In this document: piece by piece, positions 50,953-60,640 of the stretch
How positions within the stretch are numbered: the first letter of the stretch is position 1
Layout of the letters: each line of letters opens with the position of its first letter
Assembly: GCA_041398985.1 (NCBI GenBank)
Contig: JAWKTR010000016.1
Span: 32,984 to 96,983, forward strand
Origin: Pirellulaceae bacterium
Lineage (GTDB): Bacteria; Planctomycetota; Planctomycetia; Pirellulales; Pirellulaceae
Length of the DNA stretch: 64,000 nt
Reading direction: 5' to 3'
Made by a program: the position numbers and the translations under genes
The notes under the pieces: generated by a model
The model's database searches: none
What the model saw: the letters and a program-made list of their open reading frames with translations, nothing else
Told to the model about the DNA's origin: nothing

Positions 50953-52065
50953 TCAGGAACTCGTGTACAGCGCTTGATATCGCGCTAGTTGTTTTTCCAA
51001 CAGGAAGTTATTCGCCACGCGGTCGAAATTATGTTGGCTACAAGTGTTGCGTAATGTTGGGTCGTGTGCCAGACGTTCGATGGCTGCGCTAAACTGCGCA
51101 AAGTTGCCTGGCGGGATAGCTTGGTTGTCCGCGACTGGTCCGGTACCTAGCAATTCCCGGACACCTTCGACATCAAACGCAACTACGGGTTTACCACACG
51201 CCATGGCTTCCAGCACCACGTTGGGCATCCCCTCATATTCTGCGGGTAGTAGCAACTGTTCACAGCGCTGAATCCACGCCAACGGAATGCTAGACCAGCC
51301 AGGCAGGTGAATTCGTCTGCCAGAACCGGCTTGGCTGCGAATCTGCTCAAGTCGGCTTTGCAATCGACCGTCGCCCACGATCACGAGTTCGTGTCTGGGC
51401 AGCGATTCGAGCAATGCGTCGGCCTGCAACATGAGAGCTTCGATCCCCTTTTGTTCTGTCAGTCGTCCGACAAACAGCAACAAGCGAGTTGCGGGAGATA
51501 TCCCGAGCTTATTGAGTTCTGTATCCAGCTCGGTGGCTGGGGGAACTGGTACAGGCAGAGCAATGCCATTGGGAATCACGGCTAGCTTGTGATCTGCGAT
51601 ATGCTCGACTTGCCGACAGTGATCGAGTACACCATGGCTCACGCAAATGAGTTTTTCCATCCGCCAAGATGCAATTTTTTGCAATCGCTGGCGAAAACGT
51701 TCGGGTTGCCGCACTCGTGCGCCACCGAACAGTCGCCACGGACGATTGCGGGACGCGAAGGCGGCCGCTAAATTCCCGTGGAACAAGAATGCTTGAACGA
51801 CATCGGGTGCAAAGTTGTGCAGTTCCTTGCGCAGCCAACGTGCCGCAGTCACAAAATGCCATGGTCTTACTGCGCCACCACTCTTCCACACGATACCTTC
51901 CTGATCGAGGCGATTTGTTAACCGGCGTTTATCGGCAGGTGGGGGGGGCCAAAGTTCCCATACGGCCACTTCATGCCCTTGATCTCGTAAGTAGATTGCC
52001 AAGTTGACAAAGCATGTTTCCGCGCCACCAGGATGCAGTTCAGTAATGATCAGAGCAATTCGCAT
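50953..52065 (-). CDS. Glycosyltransferase family 4
   Basis: IITELHPGGAE, FVGRLTEQKG, EGMPNVVLEAMACGKPVVA; start at MRIAL. Confidence 0.9.
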   Translation of the reverse strand: MRIALIITELHPGGAETCFVNLAIYLRDQGHEVAVWELWPPPPADKRRLTNRLDQEGIVWKSGGAVRPWHFVTAARWLRKELHNFAPDVVQAFLFHGNLAAAFASRNRPWRLFGGARVRQPERFRQRLQKIASWRMEKLICVSHGVLDHCRQVEHIADHKLAVIPNGIALPVPVPPATELDTELNKLGISPATRLLLFVGRLTEQKGIEALMLQADALLESLPRHELVIVGDGRLQSRLEQIRSQAGSGRRIHLPGWSSIPLAWIQRCEQLLLPAEYEGMPNVVLEAMACGKPVVAFDVEGVRELLGTGPVADNQAIPPGNFAQFSAAIERLAHDPTLRNTCSQHNFDRVANNFLLEKQLARYQALYTSS

Positions 52066-52281
52066 AGATGCTGTCAGGTCGGTCCAGCGCGGTGAAGTGG
52101 ATTGGAAAAGGGACTTGATGAGCGGACAGTAAATTGTGGATCTGAGAGTAACTCGCACCGCTGCTGCATACCGCAACCTTTCCGAGGCTTACGGTTATTG
52201 TTTTGTGTGCGTGGTTGTTTCGCATTCTACCGTGTGCGGTTATCTTGATGGGCAGGATATTTGAACAAACGGAGTAACTCT

Positions 52282-53352
52282 ATGAAACAAGTCGACGTCG
52301 ACCAAGATAGCCTCGAGCTTTACGATTTCCAATTGCCGCGAGAACTAATCGCGCAGCATCCGGTGGAACATCGCATCGATTCACGGTTGATGTTGATTCG
52401 CCGAGAGACTGGCGAGATCGAACACTTTTATGTTCGCGATTTGCCAGACTTGGTCCAAGTCGGCGATGCCCTGGCGCTGAATAATTCGAAGGTCATTCCG
52501 GCACGGCTAACGGGTGTGCGGACTTCCACTGGTGGACGTTGGGAGGGGCTATACTTGCGCGAAGAGGCGGGTGTGTGGGAGATCCTCAGCAAGACACGCG
52601 GCAGTCTGACTGTTGGCGAAACGATTTCATTGCGTGATCGGGATGGTCGCAACTGTCCAGCGTTAATGATCGCGGCGAAGCTGGACGATGGGCACTTGGC
52701 GGTTCGCCCACTTCTCGAAGGCTCAAGTGAGGAGATATTGGCCAGATTTGGTCGCGTGCCATTGCCGCCTTATATTCGTGACGGCCAGATGGTTGATAAA
52801 GACACGGAGACTTATCAGACCGTTTACGCCAAAGAGCCCGGCTCGGTGGCTGCACCTACGGCTGGCTTGCATTTTACCACGGATTTGATTCGTCATTTGC
52901 AGAAGCGAGGCACGATAACAGCTGCCCTTACGCTGCACGTGGGCTTGGGCACCTTTCGTCCGATGAATGGTCAGCGCCTAAGCGACCACAAGATGCACAG
53001 CGAATGGGGCGAATTGCTTGAAACTTCTTGCGCAAAACTTCGGCACTGCCGTGAAAACGGGGGGCGAGTGATTGCGGTGGGAACCACGTCCGCGCGAGTG
53101 CTCGAATCGGCCGCTGCGCAGACAGGCAGCGTCTTCCAGCCCTGGCGGGGCTCCACCGATATTTTTATTCGTCCACCCTACGAGTTCGTAGCCCTAGATG
53201 CGTTGATGACGAACTTTCATTTGCCCAAGAGTACGCTGTTGGCCTTGGTCAGCGCATTTGCTGGTCGCGACCTAATCATGCGCGCTTATCATATCGCCAT
53301 CGAGCAGCGTTACCGCTTTTACAGCTACGGTGACTGCATGCTCATCGTTTGA
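52282..53352 (+). CDS. queA: SAM:tRNA ribosyltransferase-isomerase
   Basis: YDFQLPRELIAQHP, YQTVYA..GSVAAPTAGLHFT, LHVGLGTF, NFHLPKSTL, YRFYSYGD. Confidence 0.97.
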   Translation: MKQVDVDQDSLELYDFQLPRELIAQHPVEHRIDSRLMLIRRETGEIEHFYVRDLPDLVQVGDALALNNSKVIPARLTGVRTSTGGRWEGLYLREEAGVWEILSKTRGSLTVGETISLRDRDGRNCPALMIAAKLDDGHLAVRPLLEGSSEEILARFGRVPLPPYIRDGQMVDKDTETYQTVYAKEPGSVAAPTAGLHFTTDLIRHLQKRGTITAALTLHVGLGTFRPMNGQRLSDHKMHSEWGELLETSCAKLRHCRENGGRVIAVGTTSARVLESAAAQTGSVFQPWRGSTDIFIRPPYEFVALDALMTNFHLPKSTLLALVSAFAGRDLIMRAYHIAIEQRYRFYSYGDCMLIV

Positions 53353-53395
53353 TCGCCACCGAATTTCAAGTTAGATCGTTAACAAAGGAAGAACT

Positions 53396-53992
53396 GTGTC
53401 TGAAGAGCATGTCTTGGTGATCCCAGAAAGCCGCCTGCACACGTTGGGGGCATTCAGCGGCTTTCGCGCATTTTGTCCTGACGCGTTTGACGCCTTGCTC
53501 AATCCTGAATTCATGGAGTTTCGTCCACGTAGTACCGTCGAAGATGACCCGACCTTTAAGCAGTTGATTCCTTACGCGATCCTTCAGTCGGACAACGAGG
53601 GAGAAACCTGTATTTTTCAATACACGCGTGGGAAAGGCCAAGGGGAAAAGCGTCTGCACGCTAAACGCAGTATTGGGATTGGCGGACATATCTCGCGCGA
53701 AGACGCCGAAGGCGAAGACCTCTATCGCTCGGGGATGCTTCGCGAACTGACCGAAGAGATGGTCGTGGATGGAGATTATCAAGAAACTTTGGTTGGCTTT
53801 ATCTACGATGATACTTCGCCAGTCGGACGTGTTCACTTGGGGGTCGTACATCAACTGGTGCTCAAGCAGCCGACCGCCAGAGCCCGCGAGTCCGACTTGG
53901 TTGACAGCGGGTTCGAACCATTAGCTGCATTAAAGAGTCAGCTCGACAGTTTTGAAACTTGGTCACAATTGTGTCTGGACAACCTTTATTGA
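53396..53992 (+). CDS. NUDIX-like phosphoesterase
   Basis: EDDPTFKQLIPY, EKRLHAKRSIGIGGHI, RELTEE, VGRVHLG. Confidence 0.75.
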   Translation: MSEEHVLVIPESRLHTLGAFSGFRAFCPDAFDALLNPEFMEFRPRSTVEDDPTFKQLIPYAILQSDNEGETCIFQYTRGKGQGEKRLHAKRSIGIGGHISREDAEGEDLYRSGMLRELTEEMVVDGDYQETLVGFIYDDTSPVGRVHLGVVHQLVLKQPTARARESDLVDSGFEPLAALKSQLDSFETWSQLCLDNLY

Positions 53993-54064
53993 GTTTTTGG
54001 TGAGGTCGTCGTCTCGTAACGACGGGCCAATGGCCTCTGGGTGGCTAACGCAAGAATTGGACAT

Positions 54065-54084
54065 TCGCGCTTACGCGTCGGGTT
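54065..54084. repeat. Possible single REP-like unit
   Basis: TCGCGCTTACGCGTCGGGTT in intergenic DNA; only one copy in the window. Confidence 0.3.
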
Positions 54085-54116
54085 CCGATTAAGCAAACCT
54101 CGCACTCTCAATTGCT

Positions 54117-55298
54117 ATGATCTACTTAGACCATCATGCGACGACGCCGCTCGACCCTCGGGCGCTTGAGGCGATGCTACCACTGTTGGGCGAACACTAT
54201 GCCAATCCTGGTAGCATTGCCCATGCGGCTGGCCGACGTGTAGCCGAAATGACTGGAGATGCGACCGCTCGGTTGGCTGCGCTGCTGGGAGCAGAGGCTG
54301 ACGAATTGGTGATTACCAGTGGTGCAACGGAAAGCAATAATCTGGCACTCTTCGGTGTCTGCCTGCATCCCAGGCAAAAACGGCGGCGCGTCGTTAGCGT
54401 CGTGAGTGAACACCGCGCGATTCTCGATCCATTAAAACGCCTCGCGCAGGTTGGTTTTGACGTAACACTAGCTCCGGTGCATTCAAACGATTCACCTCTG
54501 GCCGGCCAAGTCGATATGGAGCAACTCGCCGAAGCAATTACTCCAGAAACCGCGCTAGTGTCTGTGATGCTGGCCAATAACGAGATCGGCGTAATCCAGC
54601 CGCTGCGACAGATTGCAGAACTGTGTCGTGCCAACGGTTGTTTATTGCATACCGATGCAACGCAGGCTGTGGGACGCCTCCCCGTGAATGTGGATACGGT
54701 CGATGTCGATCTCTTGAGTTTTTCGGCGCACAAATTCTATGGGCCCAAGGGCGTTGGTGGATTGTATGTACGGCGTCGTGGTCGACGCATCAAGTTGTTG
54801 GCGCAGATCGTCGGTGGAGGGCAACAGCAAAACTTTCGTTCGGGAACACTCAACTCGGCAGGGATTGTCGGTATGGCAGCTGCGTTGACGAGCACGCTCG
54901 AAGGGTTAGTCGACGATACAGTCAGAATTCAACGGCAGCGTGATCGCCTTTTTCAACTCTTGCAGCAGGGGCTGGATTTTGTTCTGCTCAACGGACCACC
55001 GCTGCATGGCCAAGACAATCCACGCTTGTCTGGTAATTTGAACTGCAGCTTCTTTCCCCTCGAAGGTCAAAGTCTAATGTTGGCAACGCCCGACCTAGCG
55101 GTTAGTAGTGGCAGTGCGTGCACTACGGCGGAACCGATGGCCAGCCACGTTCTCCGCAGCTTGGGACTCAGCGAGGAGATTTCGCGCAGTAGCCTACGAT
55201 TCGGAGTTGGGCGATACAACACGGACCGTGAAATTGAACAGGCCGCCCAGTGGTTAATAGCGGCGGCAACCGATCTCGGCAAATTCTTAGCCAACTGA
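54117..55298 (+). CDS. iscS: Cysteine desulfurase
   Basis: IYLDHHATTP, TSGATESNN, HTDATQA, SAHKFYGPKGVG, SSGSAC. Confidence 0.92.
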   Translation: MIYLDHHATTPLDPRALEAMLPLLGEHYANPGSIAHAAGRRVAEMTGDATARLAALLGAEADELVITSGATESNNLALFGVCLHPRQKRRRVVSVVSEHRAILDPLKRLAQVGFDVTLAPVHSNDSPLAGQVDMEQLAEAITPETALVSVMLANNEIGVIQPLRQIAELCRANGCLLHTDATQAVGRLPVNVDTVDVDLLSFSAHKFYGPKGVGGLYVRRRGRRIKLLAQIVGGGQQQNFRSGTLNSAGIVGMAAALTSTLEGLVDDTVRIQRQRDRLFQLLQQGLDFVLLNGPPLHGQDNPRLSGNLNCSFFPLEGQSLMLATPDLAVSSGSACTTAEPMASHVLRSLGLSEEISRSSLRFGVGRYNTDREIEQAAQWLIAAATDLGKFLAN

Positions 55299-55560
55299 GC
55301 GTGGCGAACGCGTTTGGCCATGTGTTCTGCATGTTGATTTCTTGCATCAGGCATGCCGCGTGTGGCAAAAATACTACGCTCAATTCGTAAAATTATTCTG
55401 ACTTTGGCAGGAATACCAAGCTAGATTTCCAATAGCGGGTCGGAAACTCACGGTGAGCTCGGATCCGAAATCGCACACGATCCAGGCTGTCGGCAACGGT
55501 GCGCGGAAAGCTGCAAGAAGTTGCTGCCCCCAAGAAAACGTACCTGAAAGGTCAAACCTC

Positions 55561-55896
55561 ATGATCAAGAGAACGAATCGCAAACGTAAGGCATTTTCAC
55601 TGATCGAAGTGATCGCAGCCGTGGTTATCCTGGCTGTTGTGGCAACCGCTACAGTCGCTACGATCGCACCCATGCGTGAAAAGTCGCGGGTCAAGTTGGA
55701 CCAGCAGAACATCGCCAAATTGAATGGTATCGTTCAGGCTTACTACATGGAGTATGGGACTTGGCCAGATCGTGGCATGACTTACCTGTATTCCCGAGGT
55801 TATACCAGCACGCGTACGACACCGACTCCGTATGGCGGATACTACCAGTTTGATTCGACAAATTTGACTGTCATTAATCCATACAAGCCTAGCTAA
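55561..55896 (+). CDS. Small type IV pilin/pseudopilin-like protein
   Basis: RKRKAF-SLIEVIAAVVILAVVATATV class III signal; 111 aa. Confidence 0.8.
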   Translation: MIKRTNRKRKAFSLIEVIAAVVILAVVATATVATIAPMREKSRVKLDQQNIAKLNGIVQAYYMEYGTWPDRGMTYLYSRGYTSTRTTPTPYGGYYQFDSTNLTVINPYKPS

Positions 55897-55984
55897 CGAG
55901 CTTCGCCAACTGAACTTCGGTTATTCAGAAAAACAACAGTGGGGTGGCAGGACGTTAGTCTCGTCACCCTGCTTTCGTTTCAGG

Positions 55985-56158
55985 GTAACCGTTCACGAAC
56001 TTGGCGTCGACAGGAAAGGGTCGGGAGTCTTTTCAGCAACGCCCGCCACCGATGAGATGCCGCTGGTAGGAACACGTGGTTTCTAAATTGGCGAACGATT
56101 TAGGCTGAAAAGACTCCCGACCCTGTCACACAAAAGCCAACACATTGTGAAAGGTTAC
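55985..56158 (-). mobile_element. MITE-like element copy D (complete)
   Basis: GTAACCGTTCACGA..TTGTGAAAGGTTAC with perfect inner IR AGGGTCGGGAGTCTTTTCAGC; reverse orientation of copy C. Confidence 0.85.
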
Positions 56159-56264
56159 CACCTGCATTTGCTGCCAGAACGAATTGGACAAGATTGGCAA
56201 GGAGCAGCAGGCAGCACCCCAGACGCCGCCTAAGAATTTCGCCGTTTTCGCTCTGCCTAACTTG

Positions 56265-57848
56265 TCAGACAGGATTGATGGTTGCGTTACCAGATTCCAC
56301 AGCGAATACTGCTCGCGAAGATGTCTTGCCGCCGGGTTCAGTGACTTGGTCAACGACGCGGTAGTCAGCTTGCCAAGTCTGGGGCGTGACATCGCAGAGT
56401 ATGTAACCTCGTTGCAAATTGTGAAACTTGACACACGGATTTGCGTTTAGCAACTGTTCCATGTTCTCCGGTTGGTCGACTCCATTACCACCGCTGCTGA
56501 GCGAAGTTGCCACAAATTCCGTGGCGACAGGTTGACTATCGAATTCTCGATCATCGATGCGCAGTTCATTGGCCCAGTTGCTGTGAATGTCGCCGGTCAG
56601 CACAACTGGATTGCTGATGCGGCGTTCCTGCATAAATCGCATCAGGGCTATTCGCTCGGCTGCGTAGCCCGGCCACTGATCCATTGAGTATTCGGGTTTT
56701 TCGATGCTGCCAACTCGGTTAACCATGCCCATCATGACTTGTTGAGCGAGCACATTCCATTCGGCACGCGAACGCAACAGGTTTTGATAAAGCCACCCGC
56801 GTTGCTCGTTGCCGAGCATCGTCTGCTGCGGATCAAGTGCATAATCATTGAGCGGCGAACGTCGGTCATTGTTGGGTTGGTTTGAACGATATTGACGCGT
56901 GTCGAGCACTTGGAAATCAATCAAGCGACCGAAGGTGGCTTGACGGTAAAGTCGCATGTCGTGACCGGTGGGCATACAGCTAGAGCGAATTGGCATCATT
57001 TCATAGTAGGCTTGGTATGCGTTTGCCCGTCGCGCCAAGAAAGCGATGGGATCCACATCATCTTCCTCCGAAATGTCACTGGCACAGTTGTTGTCGAACT
57101 CATGGTCATCCCAGGTGACGATCCACGGCGCCACAGCGTGCATTCGTTGAAGGAGTGGGTCGAGTCGATACTGCGCGTGGCGGATCCGGTAGTCGTCTAA
57201 AGAATTGATTTCAGCCCCAAGGTGTGTACGGACTTTGCCATTGCGTCCCGCTTCATATTCATAGATGTAGTCGCCAAGATGAAATACCAAGTCGACATCG
57301 TCTTTCGCCATTTGCTCGTAAGCGGTAAACAAGCCCTGTTCGTAATTCTGACAAGAGGTAACTGCAAACCGACATTTGTCCGCCAAAGTATCTGGCGCAG
57401 GCAGGGTGCGAGTACGTCCAACAGGACTCTCTGCATCACCGACACGAAAGCGATAGAAGTACCAATGATCTGGCTGCAGCCCAGCGACTTCGACGTGAAC
57501 CGAATGGGCAAGATGGGGCGTCGCAGCATAAGTACCTTGGCTGATAATGTGCGTGAAGTTCTCGTCGTCTGCAACTTCCCAATGTACATCAACGATCCTT
57601 GCCTGAATTCCGCCACCCGGCTCATCCGGCGCCGTCGCCAACCGTGTCCATAACACGACGCTTTGATGGTCCGGATCTCCTGAGGCAACACCCAGTGAAA
57701 AAGGCGTGCTCTTGAACGTCGGGGCAGCTTCGCCGCGTGCGCCAGCCAGCGTCCATGAGTACGCAGCCAGCGCAGAAGTGAACTGCAAGAATCGACGCCG
57801 GGAATAGTTTGCAAAATCCATCGAATGAAACTGTTGCTTGTTTGTCAT
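56265..57848 (-). CDS. phoD: PhoD family alkaline phosphatase, Tat-exported
   Basis: SRRRFL, FSLGVASGDP, FHLGDYIYE, WDDHEFDNN, LDTRQYR, MDQWPGY, LTGDIH. Confidence 0.95.
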   Translation of the reverse strand: MTNKQQFHSMDFANYSRRRFLQFTSALAAYSWTLAGARGEAAPTFKSTPFSLGVASGDPDHQSVVLWTRLATAPDEPGGGIQARIVDVHWEVADDENFTHIISQGTYAATPHLAHSVHVEVAGLQPDHWYFYRFRVGDAESPVGRTRTLPAPDTLADKCRFAVTSCQNYEQGLFTAYEQMAKDDVDLVFHLGDYIYEYEAGRNGKVRTHLGAEINSLDDYRIRHAQYRLDPLLQRMHAVAPWIVTWDDHEFDNNCASDISEEDDVDPIAFLARRANAYQAYYEMMPIRSSCMPTGHDMRLYRQATFGRLIDFQVLDTRQYRSNQPNNDRRSPLNDYALDPQQTMLGNEQRGWLYQNLLRSRAEWNVLAQQVMMGMVNRVGSIEKPEYSMDQWPGYAAERIALMRFMQERRISNPVVLTGDIHSNWANELRIDDREFDSQPVATEFVATSLSSGGNGVDQPENMEQLLNANPCVKFHNLQRGYILCDVTPQTWQADYRVVDQVTEPGGKTSSRAVFAVESGNATINPV

Positions 57849-57915
57849 GCCAAGTTGCTCCGAAAAAAAGCGTTAGATGAACTGCAGTCCTATGGCCAAC
57901 GTCGTGCGTCGCAAG

Positions 57916-57988
57916 GTAACCGTTCACGATGTGTCGGCTTGTGTGTCAGGCTCGGGAGTCTAATCAGCCTAAGTCGCTTAACCCATTA
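57916..57988 (+). mobile_element. MITE-like element copy E (left half)
   Basis: GTAACCGTTCACGATGTGTCGGCTTGTGTGTCAGGCTCGGGAGTCTAATCAGCCTAAGTCGCTTAACCCATT. Confidence 0.7.
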
Positions 57989-58251
57989 CTTCGCAAGACC
58001 GACTACTTTAGCACAGCCCTTATGGTTTCAGCAGTCGCCGCCCAAGGCAAGTATCCATTCGCCGCAAATAACACTATTTCATATCATCTTCAACAAACCG
58101 TTCATCCCGGCAGCCTGGACCGCCGAGCCACGAAAAAGCAGGATTATAAAAGTGGAGCGAGAGGCGTTGAACACCAGCCAGCATTAGACTGATGGACTGA
58201 TTACAATATGCCACGGGACGTGTTAGCGAGCTGGGATTCCAGGAGAAATCG

Positions 58252-59265
58252 ATGAATTTGGAAACTCTCGATCTTTTGTTGTCATTCGCCAGTCTGTTAT
58301 TAATTCCGTGCGTAATCGTCATTGGCGGTGCTGCGATAGCGAGTGGCTGGTTCAAGAAGGAGTGGCCTCGGGGTAAAGATTTGTTCAAAACCTGTATGCT
58401 ATCGGCTGGTATTACCGTGGCGATCACTTTGTTTATTTGCTTGGTTTTTCAGTGGACGGGGTTTTTCGAGGCTCAATTCTATCGTCCTTCCAAACGCGAT
58501 TATGGTCGCGCGGCGGAACTTGGCCTGAGCCCTGAAGCCGTTACGTTTGCAAGCTCTGACGGGACGAAATTGGAAGGTTGGTTCTTGGCAACCGACGAGG
58601 CTATCGGAACGGTCATCTGTTTTCATGGCAGCGACCGGAATATCACCGACACGGTCAAGAACACAGTTTGGCTTACGCAGTATGGACTGAACCTATTTGT
58701 ATTTGATTACCGAGGATACGGGGCATCGGAGGGAGTCCCCGATCGAAAGGGATTGGTAGACGACTCTGTCGCAGCAATTGACTATGTGCGAAGCCGTAGC
58801 GACGTGGATCAGAGCCGGATTGTACTTTATGGCCAGAGCATGGGCGGGCAATTAGCGATCCAAGCTGCGTCCTCTAGCGCCCCAGGGATCCAATTGGTCG
58901 TTTCTGAGGCGACTTATGCCAAGCACAGCCTGCACGTCAGTGACAAGCTCGGCCGTATGGGTCCGCTATGGCTTGTAAAATGGGGAGCTTGGTTGTTAAC
59001 CAGCGACGAGTATTGTGGCGAGGATGCGATCTCACGCATTGCCACCACTCCGGTCTTATTCATCCATGGAACTGAGGACGTCGGAGTGTCAGCCTATCAC
59101 AGTCAACGTTTGTTCGTCGCGGCTGCGGAGCCCAAAGATCTATGGATTTACGATGGCTATGGCCATCTTCAAATTTTTACCCAAGTTGAAAATCAGAAGC
59201 GACTGGCGAATTACATTTTGGACCAGCTAGGTGACAACTCGTCCATCGACCGAGGCGACGATTAA
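58252..59265 (+). CDS. Membrane-anchored alpha/beta hydrolase (YfhR-like)
   Basis: Two TMs; FDYRGYGASEG, YGQSMGG, FIHGTED, GYGH. Confidence 0.88.
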   Translation: MNLETLDLLLSFASLLLIPCVIVIGGAAIASGWFKKEWPRGKDLFKTCMLSAGITVAITLFICLVFQWTGFFEAQFYRPSKRDYGRAAELGLSPEAVTFASSDGTKLEGWFLATDEAIGTVICFHGSDRNITDTVKNTVWLTQYGLNLFVFDYRGYGASEGVPDRKGLVDDSVAAIDYVRSRSDVDQSRIVLYGQSMGGQLAIQAASSSAPGIQLVVSEATYAKHSLHVSDKLGRMGPLWLVKWGAWLLTSDEYCGEDAISRIATTPVLFIHGTEDVGVSAYHSQRLFVAAAEPKDLWIYDGYGHLQIFTQVENQKRLANYILDQLGDNSSIDRGDD

Positions 59266-60590
59266 ACCACATTATATCCGCGGTCTTCAAGCTCTTTTTG
59301 CAGGGCAGCTTTGGCATCATCTTCGCCATGAACCAAGCGAATTGCCTTGGGACGCTCCTGCATGCCCTCGACAAATCGCAATAGATCGGATTGATCGGCA
59401 TGAGCTGAGTAGCCGCTGAGTTGGTGGGTCGCAGCCCGTACGTCGTAACGTCGGCCATCGAGTTTGACCCAGTCCGTATCCTGGATGTAGCGTCCCGGGG
59501 TACCGCGAGCCTGAAAGCCAACGAACACGATGTCCGCCGTAGGATCGCCGATAAACTCTTTTAAGTAATTGACGACACGACCACCGGCACACATGCCGCT
59601 GGCCGCGATAACGATGGCCGGGATCTTACTTGCTTTTAAGTATTCGATGGTATCGCGGTGCTCTCGGTGGTCCGCGATATTGACCAAGTTCTCAAACACC
59701 AGCGGTTGATCGTCATAGGTTAGGACATGTTGCGCCTCGTCATCCCAATACTCGCGCATGCTCTCGTAGAGTTCGGTGAAGCGGCTGGCCAGCGGCGAGT
59801 CGATAATCACGTCTACGGCTTTCATCATGGAACACCCCAAGCTACGTTCCATATGTTCAAAGATAATATTCATTTCATAGAGCAACTCTTGTGTGCGACC
59901 AACACTAAAGGCTGGGATGATTGTCACGCCTTTGTTCTGCAGTGTCCGACATAACACTTTCTCCAGTTCTTCGACTCGCTGTTCGCGGCCAACGTGGTTG
60001 CGATTTCCATAAGTACTCTCCAATACCAAGAAATCAGCTCTTTCAGGACTGATGGGGTCTTTCAACAGGGGCTGGTGTCGGCTGCCTAGGTCACCGCTGA
60101 ACACAAACCGCTCGGATTGGAATGCGACTTCGACGATAGCTGATCCCAGCACATGACCGGCTGGACTCAAACGCAGTTCGATACCACCGTCGAGCGAGTG
60201 CCATTTGTTGTATTTAAGCGGTCGCATATGCCCGCGCAGATCACTTAAGAATCGTTCGATCAACCGCTTGTTTCGAGTAACGCCAACCCGCATGGCGTCT
60301 TCCAGCATGAGTGGCAGTAGTTTGGCGGTGGGCGGACTGCAGTAGATCGGTTTGTTGAATCCAGCGGCGATTAGGTGCGGTATCCGACCGACGTGATCCA
60401 AGTGAACGTGCGTGACAATCAAGCCTTGAATACCCTCGAGCGAAAACTCGATCTTTTCTTGATCTCTATCTTTGGCATCCGCTCCTTGAAACATCCCGCA
60501 GTCGACTAGCAGAGACCGCTTGTCATTGATGATGAGCTGGTGGCATGAACCCGTGACTCCGTGCAAAGCACCGTGATGCATGACTTCCAT
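59262..60590 (-). CDS. Metallo-beta-lactamase / beta-CASP ribonuclease
   Basis: LLVDCGMFQG, VTHVHLDHVG, AGHVLGS, VLESTYG, ASGMCAGGR, YSAHADQ. Confidence 0.92.
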   Translation of the reverse strand: MEVMHHGALHGVTGSCHQLIINDKRSLLVDCGMFQGADAKDRDQEKIEFSLEGIQGLIVTHVHLDHVGRIPHLIAAGFNKPIYCSPPTAKLLPLMLEDAMRVGVTRNKRLIERFLSDLRGHMRPLKYNKWHSLDGGIELRLSPAGHVLGSAIVEVAFQSERFVFSGDLGSRHQPLLKDPISPERADFLVLESTYGNRNHVGREQRVEELEKVLCRTLQNKGVTIIPAFSVGRTQELLYEMNIIFEHMERSLGCSMMKAVDVIIDSPLASRFTELYESMREYWDDEAQHVLTYDDQPLVFENLVNIADHREHRDTIEYLKASKIPAIVIAASGMCAGGRVVNYLKEFIGDPTADIVFVGFQARGTPGRYIQDTDWVKLDGRRYDVRAATHQLSGYSAHADQSDLLRFVEGMQERPKAIRLVHGEDDAKAALQKELEDRGYNVV

Positions 60591-60640
60591 GAAAACGTCC
60601 TGTAAGTTGAATGAGCGATCTGGGGACAGGCCAGGGACTA

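Noticed and set aside
52066-52281. preQ1 riboswitch before queA
   Set aside because: No recognisable preQ1 stem-loop with an A-rich tail.
57889-57905. Sigma54 promoter for phoD (TGGCCATAGGACTGCA, minus strand)
   Set aside because: Only the GG-N10-GC skeleton matches; too weak.
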